Assembly (NCBI RefSeq): GCF_009914755.1
Contig: NC_060925.1
Origin: the human T2T-CHM13v2.0 reference genome, Homo sapiens
Reading direction: 5' to 3' (one strand)
Length of the DNA: 64,000 bases
Shown: positions 15,974 through 31,744 of the stretch, piece after piece
Layout of the letters: each line of letters opens with the position of its first letter
Position numbering within the stretch: position 1 is the stretch's first letter
Program-made: the position numbers and the translations under genes
The notes under the pieces: generated by a model
Seen by the model: the letters and a program-made list of their open reading frames with translations, nothing else
What the model was told of the DNA's origin: nothing
Database searches by the model: none

Positions 15974-16571
15974 GTGAATCAGGATTTCAATCAGGGAAGC
16001 AGGATGACTGTGAGTGTCCTGTAATAAGGAATTTGCTATAGGATTTGGACCTGTACAATTTCAGTAGGAGCTGGGAAGTAAAAAGTCTAGAAAGGCTCAG
16101 AGAACAATTATTAACCAACCCTGGTGTGGGTTATGAGTCAGAATGTGCAGGAAGCCAGCCACATCCATGTGCTAGATTAGAACTGCAAAGGGGACAGGTG
16201 CAGAAGTCTCCGGAAGGCTGTTGGCTCTTCATGGCAACCACCTTTGAGTTTGCAGTGAAGTTTCTGATGCTGGGCCTGAGCTGACTGTTGTTCAGCAGGG
16301 CTAATAGTCATGAAGGAGAGCTTGATGCCAAGCTAGGTATAGAGAAAAGTGAGGACAGACTTAAGCAAAACAACTCCCTGGCACCTTGACATCCATTCTC
16401 TCCCAGAATAGCTGGAGCTATTATGACCTCCAGCACATAATAGCTGCTGCTTCACTCCCACTTCCCAAATCTCCCACAAATTATTCTTGTGGGCAACCGT
16501 AAAATAGGAGAGGGAATGCTCAGACACATAGTTCTAGCCTAGGTGAGTTGACCCGGTATAAAACCACCACA
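15974..16571. mobile_element. Ancient LTR-like segment interrupting CR1 sequence
   Basis: Starts gtgaatcaggatttcaatcagggaagcag, ends gttgacccggtataaaaccaccaca (ERVL-type terminus). Confidence 0.4.
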
Positions 16572-16645
16572 TCAGGTTCTAGTAATAGGCTAACTCTCCC
16601 TCCCAGTTTTTTGCTAAGTGCAGCTTTAATAAGAATAGTTTCATC

Positions 16646-16967
16646 AGTCGGCTTGGTGGCTCACACCTATAATCTCAGCACTTTGGGCAGCTAAGTTGGG
16701 CGAATCACTTGAGGTCAGGAGTTCAAGACCATCCTGGTCAAAGTGGTGAAACTCCATCTCTACTAATTATACAAAAATTAGCTGAGCATGGTGGTGGGTG
16801 CCTGTAATTCCAGCTACTCAGGAGGCTGAGGCAGGAGAATTGCTTGAACCTGGGAGGCAGAGGCTGCAGTGAGCCAAGCCTGGGCAGCAGAGTGAGAACC
16901 TGAGAGGCAGAGGCTGCACTCCAGCCTGGGCAACAGAGTGAGACTTTTGTCTCAAAAAAAAAAAAAA
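16646..16967 (+). mobile_element. AluS with rearranged right arm
   Basis: Dimer; TSD aatagtttcatc; duplicated/deleted blocks at ~16847-16945. Confidence 0.92.
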
Positions 16968-17511
16968 TAGTTTCATCCAAGTCACCGATAAGGCTGTTGA
17001 ATAGAACAGTGGTAGGCCTGGAAAATAGAGACTTTGTTTTTTTTCTCTTTTATTCATTTTGGATTTCCTTTTCTTTCTTAATCTGCTTATTCTACTCTTT
17101 CTGGCTTCAAGGGCATGCTTCCTAGAAAAAAATAAACTAAATAGTATTGGAGTAGTTGTTCTGTTATGGAAGTCACTGTGCTTTTGAGTTTCAGTTTTCC
17201 TGCCTTAGCATCCCTTGTCCTAGTCTTATTGGTGGACACTGATGGAATTAACATGTTTGACTAAATTAGTCCCTAGGCTGTTTATGTTCCTTGAAATGAG
17301 TGAATAGACTAACAAACAAAACTCCTTTTTAAAACTAGGGGGAGTAAATTAATCTGACCTGAAGTCTTCAGGAGCCAGAATGGAAGTAATTCTTCAGTTA
17401 TGAGTTTAAATGATCAAGTTAGGTAGAGTCTCCATTAGGAGTTCCAGCCAGTCTCCAGAAATGGCATCAGTTAACATCCAAATAGTGACATGATTAAGAA
17501 TTAGAAGTCTA

Positions 17512-17832
<321 letters not shown>

Positions 17833-17986
17833 CTATTCCAACTTTGGCTTTCTACATTGATCTGTTTTGATTTTGAGCAAGTCAAAGTTAAATTATTCAG
17901 GGCTAACTAGAGAAGGGAAGAAGGGTTGCATGGAGAGGTAATGTGTTTTGTTGTTCATTGTGCTAGGCACTAGGGGAAACAGTGGT

Positions 17987-18760
17987 ATGTCAGCCTGGGT
18001 CCAATCAGGAGACAGAAACCAGGCAGTGATTTAAACAGAAGAAATTTATTATAAAGAACTATTAAACTATAATAAAAGAGTACCTACAAAGTGTAAAGAG
18101 GAGAGTACTCAAGGCAGCACAAATTTGGAAAGTAGACCCATTCCCAAGATGCCCTTTAGACATTAATGTAGAAGATATGATTACAGCTACTAGTGACAGA
18201 GAAATTCACCAGATTGCCTATGTCAGAGCTGGTCCCAGGTGCAGGGAAAACAGAAAGCCATCCTCCAGGGCTTGGATCAGGTGATCTGCAGCTGGTGAGT
18301 GGGCACACAGGTGGAGTTGGGGTATGGCTGTGGGTAAGAGACATAGAGTATGTGATGTCTACATCAGGAGAGCTGTGAGAAACAAACCTGGGGGGCAGGG
18401 GGAAGGCTAGCAGAGAGAGTTAGAGCATCACTGTGGATGGGAGGCCCACAACACCTAGTGTCTGCTTTAGGAGGGCTGTAGGGAGGTGATAACCAGGCGG
18501 GGCTGGTGCTGAGGTCACTGAGGGATGTGTGTTCTGGGCATGCATACCACTGGACATCCTCATATCCACACCACTGATGGGCTGTGTAGCAGTCGGACCA
18601 AGGGAAGCCCTTTCATTCTGCAGTGTTGCCCCTCCATTCTGCAGAGGAATCTTACCATCGTGCTGCTGTACAGGAGATGTGCTTAAAGGAATTCCGTCCA
18701 TTACCACAGAGCTTGTATTGAAAGGTAAATTTGGAGCTGAGTAGCAATAAATTGGTACAG
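17987..18760. mobile_element. Ancient LTR (LTR78-like)
   Basis: gggtccaatcaggagacagaaacc start and aatttggagctgagtagcaataaattg end resemble recalled old ERV LTR termini. Confidence 0.4.
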
Positions 18761-21571
18761 GTGGTTACTAGGACACAGTCCTACCCTCAAGGAATATGGT
18801 CAGATAGAACTTGACATGTGTTACTTCACTTAATCCCAGCAACCCTGAGTGGTAGAATGGTAGAATCTATCATTCTCATTCTTAAGACAGAAATTAAGCT
18901 TCAGTGATATCGGGCAACCTCCCCATGGTCACACAGCTGCTGCATGGTTAGAGAGCTGTCTGGCACTCACACTTTTGCCCATTTTGTTTTACCTCTGTGC
19001 TCAGTGCTATCCACCTTTAAAGGTGCCTCATTCATAAGCTTGCATACTCTGTTTTTGTTATAAAAATTATGTATAAAAATACAGGACAAACTACATTTTA
19101 AGGTAAATGGGGATTTTATAGAGCTATTCTGTGATATTTGGGATTTCTTGGGAAATCAGGATACCCATGTAGTATGTTTCACTTAGTTAACAATCAAGAG
19201 TTTAAATGATCAAGATGAGCAAGATTCAGGAAAGAGGAGTATGCTGAGATTCAGGAACCATATCAAACTACAAGCAAGGTAAACAAGAAATCAGTTCTTA
19301 AACTCTAGACTCAGTAATGAAATGACAGAATGTTAAAGACAAAGATTTTAAAACCAGCTGAAGGGGAAAAATATATTGCCTACAAAGAAATAATTTTTTG
19401 ATGGCAAAAAATGTAAGGCAGAAGACAGTGAATTATCTTTAAGAATATGCTAAGTTAAGTGCTTATCAAGTGCTGAAGCTTAGAAAGTACTCCTTAAATA
19501 CCTTTTTATTATGGAAGTAAGGTAGAAGAAATCCTGGGCAGCTTTTGTAAAGACTTGGAAATAAACAAAAAGGGCATCCATCCTTACAGGAGAATGAGTA
19601 GTTCAGAGTACAGACAGAAGAAAGACTTGCATTTATCAGGTGACTTCTGCAGAGCAGTTTCAGTAGGGAGTTGGGGACAGCCGTTTAGTTACTTGGTAGT
19701 GAAAGAAAGGAGAGCCATGTTATGATGAATTACAACTTAATAGTGAGATCAAATAAATATGTATTTAAAAAGAGGAGCTAGTAATGCCTTTATAAAGGGA
19801 AGATGAAAAGGTCCTATGGGGATAAAGATGGAAGGTTTTTAAAGTATGTGTAATTTTAAGCATTATTATTTTTTCAAAATGTGCTTATATACAATCCTGA
19901 CCTGGGATATGTAAGTGGAATCATAATTATGAGATAAGGGAAATGCTGTAATATTTAGTCACTGTATTGTTTTGTGGAGCCAAAAAGCACTCTCAGGATT
20001 TAAGGATATCTTTAAGATACCTCTCCAAAGTCCATGCTGTCCCTCCAAAATCAGAGACCTCCCAGACAGAGATGACTCTATATCTTCCCTTCTTCCACAT
20101 CTTCACATGCCCCACGCTCCAACTCAAATCCCGGAATGCATTCCCTTTTCTCCATTCCCGTTAGACTCTGGAAGGGGTCAAAGGCACAAAGGGTCATAAA
20201 AAAAATCAGGGAATGAGGTATACCCCGTTCTTTGCTTATGATATATACATGTCTCTTTTGCTCTCTGTGTGGTTTATAAGTGATGGGGTGACATCTGCAC
20301 CTTCTGTACTGTTTCTGTAAGGTTGAGTGTTTTCTCTTCCTTCAGCCTCGCATTGCCTAAGGTTTTTGAGCAGCCTTTGCTAAACTGAGGAAACTGATCA
20401 TCAGGGATGTGGAGGCAGCACAGCCTATAGATCTCTTTCTAACTTCTCATATCATTTCTGGGCCAGCCCATCTGGCGGATATGAGTGTCCATCACTCTAG
20501 TCATGAGTCATGTTTCATGTAGAGTTGATGTTTTTATTTCCTCCGGCTTCAAAACCTTTCATTGATAGTTCCTTTTCATACATATGCATGAGTAGGAATT
20601 ACCCAATTTTACGCATGGAGAATCTTATGAACTAAGAAGGGGAAGGAAATACCATTCATGCTGCCTAGCTTCTGTTAGTTCCCAGGGCTACTTAGCAATC
20701 CCTTATTCATCCTGGTAGATGATAATACCCATCATAATGCCCTTCTTACCTTCTACCTGTCAACCCTGTATACCCTCACTTTCCATAGGTGACCCCCACA
20801 CCTCTCTGAGATTCCTCAGCTGTCCTCTCCTCCCTTAGAATATCTTAGTGTCACTGCCAACTGTCTCTCTGTTCGCTGACTCTCTCTCTCTCTTCTGGAC
20901 CCATCTTCGCTTGTTTCTTCAGCATCTTGAGCTGTGAACTATGCTCTGTCTCTCTGTCTTCCTGGATACCCTCTTTCTCCCTACAAATATGTTCAGCTCT
21001 CTCCTTTCCTTTTTTTAACCCTGCTAACACCACCCAAGAGCCCATCTTCTGTTAACCCTCCCTTTCTTCCAAAGCCCTGGGTATGTCTTTGTCAGGGCCA
21101 CCATCCTGCAGGTCCTCATGGCCTGGCCTTGCTTTCCACCACTTACTTCACAGAAATGGCTCCCTCCACATTTACCCATGCATTCCCCACACCTCCAAAC
21201 ACACCAGCACATTCCTCTGTTCTTCTGTGTTGCCCTGCAGTATCATCTACCACTTCTCATTTCTCCTATTTCTGTTTTTTGCCTCCTTCTCTTTTGTTTG
21301 CTTTCAACCCTACATAGTTATATGTATTCTTTATCTTTCCTGAAGGGAAAGTTCTGGGTTGTAGTGTTTATCCCTCCTTATAGGGTGCAAAAAGTCCCTT
21401 GTGCTTAGTGAGTCTCAGTTAATACCTACAATGGATGATGAGTCTCCAGCAAGGGATTAATGACTTATAAATCATTGGAGGCATGGTGGCTCCAAGTTAT
21501 ATGTACATATTAGCACATGTGTCCAAGACCTTTCTTTTTCTCTCTCCTTCTTTCTTTCACCCTTTGTTTTC

Positions 21572-23130
<1,559 letters not shown>

Positions 23131-26100
23131 TAGAAAGCGCTTGGAATGCAAAGACAAACAGGGTGTCTCCCATGCCCTCAAGGATCTCACTGTGACTTCT
23201 ATTAAACTTTCCATGATAGTTTTTAGATAAATATTCAGGGGAAGGTGAGGCATAAGTTTTAAAATGACCAAATAATACATAACTGTTACTAAAAATAAAG
23301 TAGTGAAGAGTTTTATAAAGGAAAGTGTCCGTTTTCTTTCTTCAACACCTATTCCTCCTAGTACTGCTCCATATGCAAATATATTGACACTCGGATATTC
23401 TTTCAAACTCTAATATTCTACATTTAGTTCTAAATTATCCTGTTTTTCTCTCAGTAATATATCAAGAGCTGCCTCCCACATCTATACTTGCAGTCTTCCC
23501 ATGATGGCTTTGGCTCTGAGAGTTCCAAAGTGAAAGTGATATTTTAGGAAAACCAGTCTGGCTTGGAATGCAACTCATCCCAAATGGAAAGAAACTCCTG
23601 TCAGTGAGATGGACTGAAGAGAGATTGCTTGGGGATCTGAGTGTAATGGGGAGAGTATCTGGGTCTGGCCAAACTGGGTGACAGCAGTAGAAATGCATAG
23701 AAAGCAGTCAACCTGTGGGCTGTTTTAAGCATGGACCATTCAGACTAGTGGTGTCTGAATATAGAGTAAATGAGGGAGGGAAAGGAGGCCCCAGTGATCT
23801 CAGGTTGAAGCTTCAGTGCTTTTACCTTTGTCCTTTCTGAGGGCTTTCTGCCTCTGCTGGCCTCCCACTTGATATTAAATTCAGTCATCCTGAAACATGG
23901 AAATTTGTGTCATGGTAACTCTTAGCATGAACTCCATGAGGGTGGGGACCATGCATGTTTTACTGTTGCATCCCAAGTGCCTAGAAGGATTCTTAGTGTA
24001 TAGTAGGTGCTCAATAAATACATACTTCACGACAAAGCTGGGGCAGCCTTGATTTGCTTGTTTGCTGCACTAAAATATTCATCTCAAAAAGGCTACTAAG
24101 CTGATTTATCGTTTTGGTGGCCTTGTCTTCTACCCTTGCATAACCCTTTTGTATCTAAAACTGGGAAGGGTTATCACAGCCCCCAGGGCAGGGAGCTCAT
24201 GAGAGAGCCCATAGACCTGCACAGCAGGAAACTGAAAATAGCTACCAAAGCAATCAGAATTAAACCTCTGGATCCGCCTCTCTGGGCCTGGCCCTAGAGG
24301 GCATCTTTTACACTAATGATGGAAAATTAAATTAGGCCACCTTTAGAAAACTTCACAAAATTAAATACTGTTTGCCAGGGAGGGAATTACCCTGTGGAGA
24401 AAGTAACAGGGGAGCAGGGAAACAGGCTGGTCACAGTTCTACAACAAAATGATTGGCTGGTGTCAAATTTCCTTACTCTGTGCTTCATTTTATTCTTCTT
24501 AAATGTGTAAAGGGAATCAATTTAGAATTTGTGCAAAACATTGAAGAATCTCAGAAGGGAAAGTGTGTGCAAAATAAAACAAACACTTCTTTCCTTGTCT
24601 TCTCTCCTTGTTACCAAATTGGCACTGGCCTGGGAGTCCATCAGATGGTCTTGACCTTTTCTGGGATACAAATACCTTTGAGAATCTGCTGAAAACTGTA
24701 TTTTCTCCATAGGAAAAAAATCATTCTTGCAAAGTTTTGAATTTTAGGAGAATTCATGTACCCCAGAGTCCTGCATGTTTATGAATTCCAAGGTAAGACT
24801 CCTATTTTGCCAGTAAGTGTTGAACATCATCTTTGAATATTTGCATCTAAAGCTGGGAAGGTTTAGCATTGGCTCTTCTACTGCTCAAGTAAGAGTAGGA
24901 GGAGAAAAAAACAAACCAATCTAACTTTATTAATGATTTAATGTTTGAATGCTTAATAAATTTTATTTACCTTCCCAAGAGATATTTGCATTTTGTTAGA
25001 GGAGTCATTCAAAACAAACCAATCTCATGTTGGTGAGTTTCAGATTATTAAAGGGAAGAGGATTCGCTTAGGAGGGACCTTTATGTTACCCTCAGTGTCC
25101 TTGGAATCACATGGATGATGGGAATGTTGGCCTAGGGCCTGGGTTTTACACTGACATGTAAGGACCATGTGAAGGCCTAGAGTAAAGGGCCAGAGTAAAG
25201 GGCCAACCCTAACCCCAAAGGTAAATAAAGATTGGTCTTGATTTGGAGCTGTAGCCCCTGCCTGACAAACCTTTAATATTAATAGATAACCTCTGGGCTT
25301 GTAGTAGGACCGTGTTGTAGCTTACTCCGCAGCATGAGCATTTTGCACTAAACACCTGTCTAGATACTGCCACAGTGCCCTGTCCTCTGGCCTGACTGGG
25401 TAAGCTTTCCGTGGCTTCCATCTTGTGTCCTGGCACAATTGGGAGGAAGGATGGTGGCGTCACACCTCTGAGACCACAATCAGACTGTGAGCCTTGGCTT
25501 CCTCTCTGGTGGCAGACCTCAAACTGGAGAGGTGAGGATGACTGCGAGGTCCAGAGGGTTAAGCACAGAATTTGGGAAAGATGGAGTGGAAAAAGCTGGG
25601 TTATCTGCAAGTCTCCACATCCTTTATCAGGAGACCCTGAGAACTGGCTTTTGAGGAGTTACAGCCTTTCCCAGTTGCTGGCAGTCACCATGATCAAACC
25701 ATGATTAACTGAGGAGTCCTCTGTATTTGGCTTAACATTTCTGCCTGTCAAATTCTTATTAATCTTTCAACGTTTATTGTAAATAACACATCCACCAGGA
25801 ATGCTTTCCTGATTTCATCCCTACCCCCACAGTGGGGATCTAATTAAGGTTTGTCCTTTGGACCCTAAGGTGCTATACAGCCCTTAAGTTTATCCTTTTA
25901 TTGTAGTTTATCTATCATAGTTTTTAGTAGGAACTGTATCTTATCTATCTTTGGGGCTCCTTAACCACTTGTCTCACACACAATAGGGCTCAATACGTAT
26001 TTATTCCATGTAATTGACTTATTAAACTTTTGCACAATTCCCAGAAATTAATTACACTCATTCTGTAGACTTTTATTCGGGACTGAGTGGATGAATGAAT

Positions 26101-26519
26101 GAACGAACGAATGAATGAACCAACCCACCTATATAAAAAAAGTGTGTTGAGCACTGAACACAGCCCATATGTGAAGGTATTTGAGAACAGTGGCAAAAAA
26201 TGTTAACATTAGAACATCAGAACATATATTCTAATAGAAGATAACAAGCAGCACACAAATAATACTAAAAAGACAGCATCGCAGTTGAGAACACTGAGAA
26301 ACAAGAAGTCGAATGACTTTGTTCAGCTTTGCTCAGGAAGAGAGCCCAGCACCTCTTGATGTTGTGGGTTTAACCACTAAGCAAAGCTGCCTTTGAAAAT
26401 GCACACCCTCCTTCCTCTGGTTGGCCGAGGATGCCAGTCCTGTCCAGCTACTGCTGTGCAGTTAGCTCTTTGCTTTAGGGCCTGATTATCTTTTATCGTG
26501 GATTATCTTGGCCTTTGAC

Positions 26520-26951
26520 TGTCTTACATGTCCATGTGAAGAGACCCCCAAACAGGCTTTGTGTGAGCAACATGGCTGTTTATTTCACCTGGGTGCAGGC
26601 AGACTGAGTCCCAAAAGAGAGTCAGCAAAGGGTGGTGGGATTATCATTAGTTCTTAGAGGTTTTGGGATAGGCAGTGGAGTTAAGAGCAATGTTTTAGGG
26701 GCAGGGGGTGGATCTCACAAAGTACATTCTCAAGGGTGGGGAGAATTACAAAGAACCTTCTTAAAGGTGGGGGAGATTACAAAGTACATTGATCAGTTAG
26801 GGTGGGCAGAAGCAAATCACAATGGTGGAATGTCATCAGTTAAGGTTATTTTCACTTCTTTTGTGGATCTTCAGTTGCTTCAGGCCATCTGGATGTATAT
26901 GTGCAGGTCACTGGGGATATGATGGCTTAGCTTGGGCTCAGAGGCCTGACA
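26520..26951 (-). mobile_element. Solo LTR7-family (HERV-H) LTR, LTR7B-like
   Basis: Reverse complement starts TGTCAGGCCTCTGAGCCCAAGCTAAGCCATCATATCCCC and ends in GACA; 5-bp TSD ttgac 26515-26519 / 26952-26956. Confidence 0.93.
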
Positions 26952-28199
26952 TTGACCTCATCTCTTGTCTCATTTGTTGCAGTTTTTACTGATAATTCAT
27001 AATGATAAGGGGGTGGGTGGGAGAAATGAAGCCATCATAAAGGGTAAATGTGTTCATCTTGTTTGTATTAATTGCTCCAATAAAAGGTTTTTTGGAGGAG
27101 GTGAGCAAGAAGAACCTCAGAATGGCAGCCCCTGACAGATGAGATCTACACATGAGCTCATCGTTGCTCAGTGTCTCCCATCAGCACATAATTAATTGTT
27201 GGAGATGGACCTGATTGCTGGGGGAGATGAGGTAGTGCAGGTGCATTTCCTTCCAGAGTCGGAGCAGCCGTCCAGGGTCTGGGCCAGTGGTGTGTCCTCA
27301 GACTCAAACACTGTTAAAAATATATAGAGAGATATATGTATATACACATGCGTACACACACGTGCACATACACACACCAAAGTTTTTTGTATGTGTATAT
27401 GTATGTAAGAAGAATTTTCTTAGTAAAAGAGTTAAACCTAAATTTCTCTTGATTACCTTTGTTCACTCATGAGAAGGACAAAACCCCAAGGAAACAATTT
27501 AGCCTGTCAAACACCTCAGCTGATGAAGGGGAATTTGAAAAGCTAAATGTAAAAGAGAGACTGCAAGACTCATAAACAGATCCCAAGAGAGCATGTAGTA
27601 TTGGCTAGGCCTCCCCACCCTTCCAGCCCTCGTATATCTACATGAGCCCCATCCCTCAGGTCCTGAGAGCCAGGAGGAATTCATATGAATCTCCTCTCTA
27701 AGAAAATAACAGCAAAATGATTTTGATTTCACGTACTGTCCTTTTGATCCATGTCACGTTTCTGGTTCCTTCCTATGAGAAAGGGAAGTCAGTAACAGAT
27801 GGGTGAAATGCAGGTCTGGGGCAGTTACAACAGCCCTTGCTTTTTATCAGGACACTTTACTAAACATTAAACTGACCTCTTGCCTTAACCAGCCCCACTC
27901 CTACTTCCACATCAAAACGGCATTAGCTCTCTCGCAGGGAAAGGCTTAGCTACTTCATAAGGGCCACCAAAATACTGCCCAAGAAAGGGAGAGGGATACA
28001 AGCCAGGGGTAGGACTGGCCCCCACCTTAGTGGCAGGTTCATAGTTGGTGCTGTCTCGGACCCCAGGCGAGCTCCTCTTCTTGCACTCTGCCTTCTGCTG
28101 TCTCTGTCTTGAGCCATCATTTTCCCTACATTCCCCTAGATCTTGAGGCTATTTCTGTTTTGTCCCTTATTTTCTAGCCTATAAATAGGCTTAGGTTTT

Positions 28200-29600
28200 G
28201 CCATCCTAAAAAGAAAAGATGACCCTCAAACCCACCATCCTGTCTTGCCCTTTCACTGCCAGACTCTTTGGAGAAACTGCATTTGCTATCTATATTTCCA
28301 AAACTCCCATTCACTTTTCAGCTCATTTTAATTGGGCTTCCTGAGCTACTCTACTGAGACTGCTCTTGCTAAGGCCACCAGGGATGTCTTAGTTGCAGAA
28401 TCCCTGGCTCGCTTTCTGTCTGCATCTTATTCAGTCTCTGTGAAGCACTTAATGCTGTGGGTCTTTCCACCCTTCTGGAGACTCTCTGCTCCCTCAGCTT
28501 CCACGATTGTTTTCTCTTGTTCCTCCTCAGATCTCTTGGTCTTTTTCTGCTCAGTATTTTTTTTTCTGACTCCTCCTATTACGCCCTCCATTTAAATGGG
28601 TACTGTTAGTGGGATTCTCTCAATGAGCCCCCTTTCTTCTTCTTCTTCTTGCTCCTCAGGGGATGTCGTATTTCCTATGGCTTCAACCACCCTCTAAATC
28701 CCAGTCTATGCTCCTCTGCCCCCACACTCTATCCCCTCCATCCCTTATTTCCAATTGCCTCTTAGACAATTCCATCTGGCTTTTGCCTTCTCAAATCTGA
28801 CCTGTCCAGAGCCACACCACTCCTCCTCCTTCCATGTTCCTTAGTTCTTTTTTCCTTCTGTGGCCCTTGACCCCATTAATGTTTAGTCCATCTGCCAAGT
28901 TACACAGCTCAGAATCATATCCTTCCCTCTCATTATCACACCCAGAGAAATGATTCTTGTGTCCACCTGCTCTCCCCATGGTGGCTGCCCCTGCCTTTGT
29001 TAGGCCTCCAGTGTTTCTTGCCTGGACTCAGGGTTGGTTTGTCTGGCTGCATAGACTGTGCTGTGCATCGCTCCAGGTGTGTCATTCAGGGCCCTGAGCC
29101 CAGGTGCCCTGCACTTATTTCCCAAACTGTAATTCTCACAACAGCTCCCCTGTTTGTAGATGAGAAAACTAAAACTTGAGCATTGAAAGACTCACCCAGT
29201 AGCTCACAAATGTAAGCAGCAGAATGGGGATTTGAGTCCGGTTCTTCTGACAGCAAGCCCCAGGTCCAGATTCTGTTGATTCCCCTAAGCATTCTGTATT
29301 GCAGTAGGCTCTTGGTGGCCTTCCTTCTGCTCCTGCCCTCCTCCAATCCATCCTCCACACCACCATGACTACCAGCCATGTGATCCCCCTGCTTAGACTC
29401 CCATCCTTGCCCTGAGCCCACAAGGTGAAGTCTGAGCTCTGTAGCTGGGCTCTCCACAATTGGCCCTGACCTCCTTCTGTCCCCATCTCCCACCAGTCCT
29501 TCTGTATGCCCTGCAATCCCTGTACCCAGGCAAACTGTGCTACCTCATGACCTCATGCCTTTCCACATGCAGTTTCCATTGCAAGGGCTCTCCCTGCTCT
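28200..29600 (+). mobile_element. L2 remnant interrupted by a MIR (~29130-29290, - strand)
   Basis: ctactgagactgctcttgctaaggccacca, ccaattgcctcttagacaattccatctgg, caatccatcctccacac. Confidence 0.62.
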
Positions 29601-30335
29601 TCTGTCTCGGTGATGGATAGATTTCCATTGTCCCAGATCTGCTCAGCAGCCCTCCCCACTGTCCTCAGTGCCCAGGGAGGCTGGCCTGTGTAGACCTGTC
29701 CTGAGAGCTCCTGCCAGATGGCACACAGCTCTTCCTCTCTTGGCTCTGGAAACTGCTCCCTGCCCTGCCTCTCTGGACTTGGGGTGCTGAGGGCTCCCAG
29801 GGACACTGCACTGCCCTCACCTTTGTGAACAGTCCTGTATTAAACTCTCTTCAGCCTACTCACATACTCTGTTTCCTGCCAGGACCCTGACTGACACATT
29901 CCCCACCCCACAATCCTGCCACCTCCCACGTTGTCTTCGAGTCACAGCTCAGGCAGCAGCTCCCTGTGTGCCTTCCCAGTTCCCACAGGCAGCTGGCTGC
30001 ATCCTCCTCCGCGTTTCACTGGCTCCATTCCTCTGTCCGCACTTGCCACACCCTGTCTGTACCCCCTGAGCTCCTCAGGGCAGTCTCTGAAGCAGACTCA
30101 GCTCTGTATCTTGGAGAAGCCAATATGGGGCCAAGGGGGGCGGGGTACGGAGTAAGATGTGCGTATCTTAGAAGAGAGGTCATGCTGGACCACCCCGACA
30201 CCTGCTTTTCGGTGGTGGGGAGACAATGAGAAAAGAGCTTCTGGCATACAGCAGATGAAAATAACAGGAATTCTCAAGCAAGGACTTGCCTCCTTCACAG
30301 CCTTCTGCTCACATTTCTCCACCCTTTGTGGACAA

Positions 30336-30484
30336 GGAGTGGACAAGCAAGTGTACAAACCTTTGTTGATGATTATTTTGCACTGGGAAGATTTTGCCTA
30401 ATGCCTCTCTGCATATAACACTTGAAGGAAAGTATTCGTTTGCTTGAAAGCAAAAGGATAAACTTGAGAAAAGAGAAGAGGAAG
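30336..30484. repeat. Copy 1 of a ~150-bp dispersed direct repeat (73-bp identical core 30358-30430)
   Basis: Direct base-by-base comparison with 33875-34021. Confidence 0.95.
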
Positions 30485-30564
30485 GGTCCTTACATGCTGC
30501 CTTCCAACCACCCCCTCCCCACATTGCCAAAAGAAAGATACAAGACTTTTAAAAAGTAATTGGA

Positions 30565-30899
<335 letters not shown>

Positions 30900-30994
30900 T
30901 CAAATAGGAATGGGTTCATTTTTCTCCCCCACTTTTTTTTAAGGTTTGCCAATGGCCTGGAAGTAAAGGTACACAGTCCTTTAAAAAGCAGCAA

Positions 30995-31274
30995 CATGCC
31001 TGTGTCCTGAATGGTATTGCCTAGGTTTTCTCCTAGGGTGTTTATGGTTTTGGGTCTAACATTTAAGTCTTTAATCCATCTTGAATTAATTTTTGTATAA
31101 GGTGTAAGGAAGGGATCCAGTTTCAGCTTTCTACATATGGCTAGCCAATTTTCCCAGCACCATTTGTTGAGTAGGGAATCCTTTCCCCATTTCTTGTTTT
31201 TGTCAGGTTTGTCAAAGATCAGATAGTTGTAGATGTGTGGTATTATTTCTGAGGGCTCTGTTCTGTTCCATTGG
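30995..31274 (-). mobile_element. Inverted L1 ORF2 fragment (ending ~aa 990) of a second twin-primed L1PA4/5 insertion
   Basis: Antisense L1 sequence catgcctgtgtcctgaatggtattgcctagg...ttctgttccattgg, homologous at its start to 22648-22720. Confidence 0.9.
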
Positions 31275-31707
31275 CGCTATTCACAATAGCAAAGACTTGG
31301 AACCAACCCAAATGTCCAACAATGATAGACTGGATTAAGAAAATGTGGCACATATACACCATGGAATACTATGCAGCCATAAAAAATGATGAGTTCATGT
31401 CCATTGTAGGGACATGGATGGAGCTGGAAACCATCATTCTGAGCAAACTATCGCAAGGACAGAAAACCAAACACCACATGTTCTCACTCATAGGTGGGAA
31501 TTGAACAATGAGAACACTTGGACACAGGGTGGGGGACATCACACACCAGGGCCTGTTGTGGGGTAGGGGTAGGGGAGAGGGATAGCATTAGGAGATATAC
31601 CTAATGTAAATGACGAGTTCATGGGTGCAGCACACCAACATGGCACATGTATACATATGTAACAAACCTGCACGTTGTGCACATGTACCCTAGAACTTAA
31701 AGTATAA

Positions 31708-31720
<13 letters not shown>
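31273..31720 (+). mobile_element. L1PA4/5-like 3' end (ORF2 aa ~1200-1275, 3'UTR, poly(A)) followed by (AT)n
   Basis: [17 protein letters not shown]...SLIGGN; 3'UTR ccctagaacttaaagtataat; TSD core agcaacatg at 30990-30998 / 31745-31753. Confidence 0.92.

Positions 31721-31742
<22 letters not shown>
31720..31742. repeat. (AT)n microsatellite in the L1 tail
   Basis: tatatata run after poly(A). Confidence 0.95.
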
Positions 31743-31743
<1 letters not shown>

Positions 31744-31744
31744 A

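Noticed and set aside
25179-25204. 13-bp tandem duplication agagtaaagggcc x2
   Set aside because: Ordinary slippage-scale event with no functional context
30159-30401. Shared peptide PLLMIILHWEDFA in two ORFs as a duplicated small protein gene
   Set aside because: Identity extends past the stop and covers all codon positions, so there is no coding signature; both ORFs begin at non-ATG codons
30358-30430. C/D-box snoRNA reading of the duplicated core (TGATGA near its 5' end)
   Set aside because: No CTGA D box at the 3' end and no terminal stem
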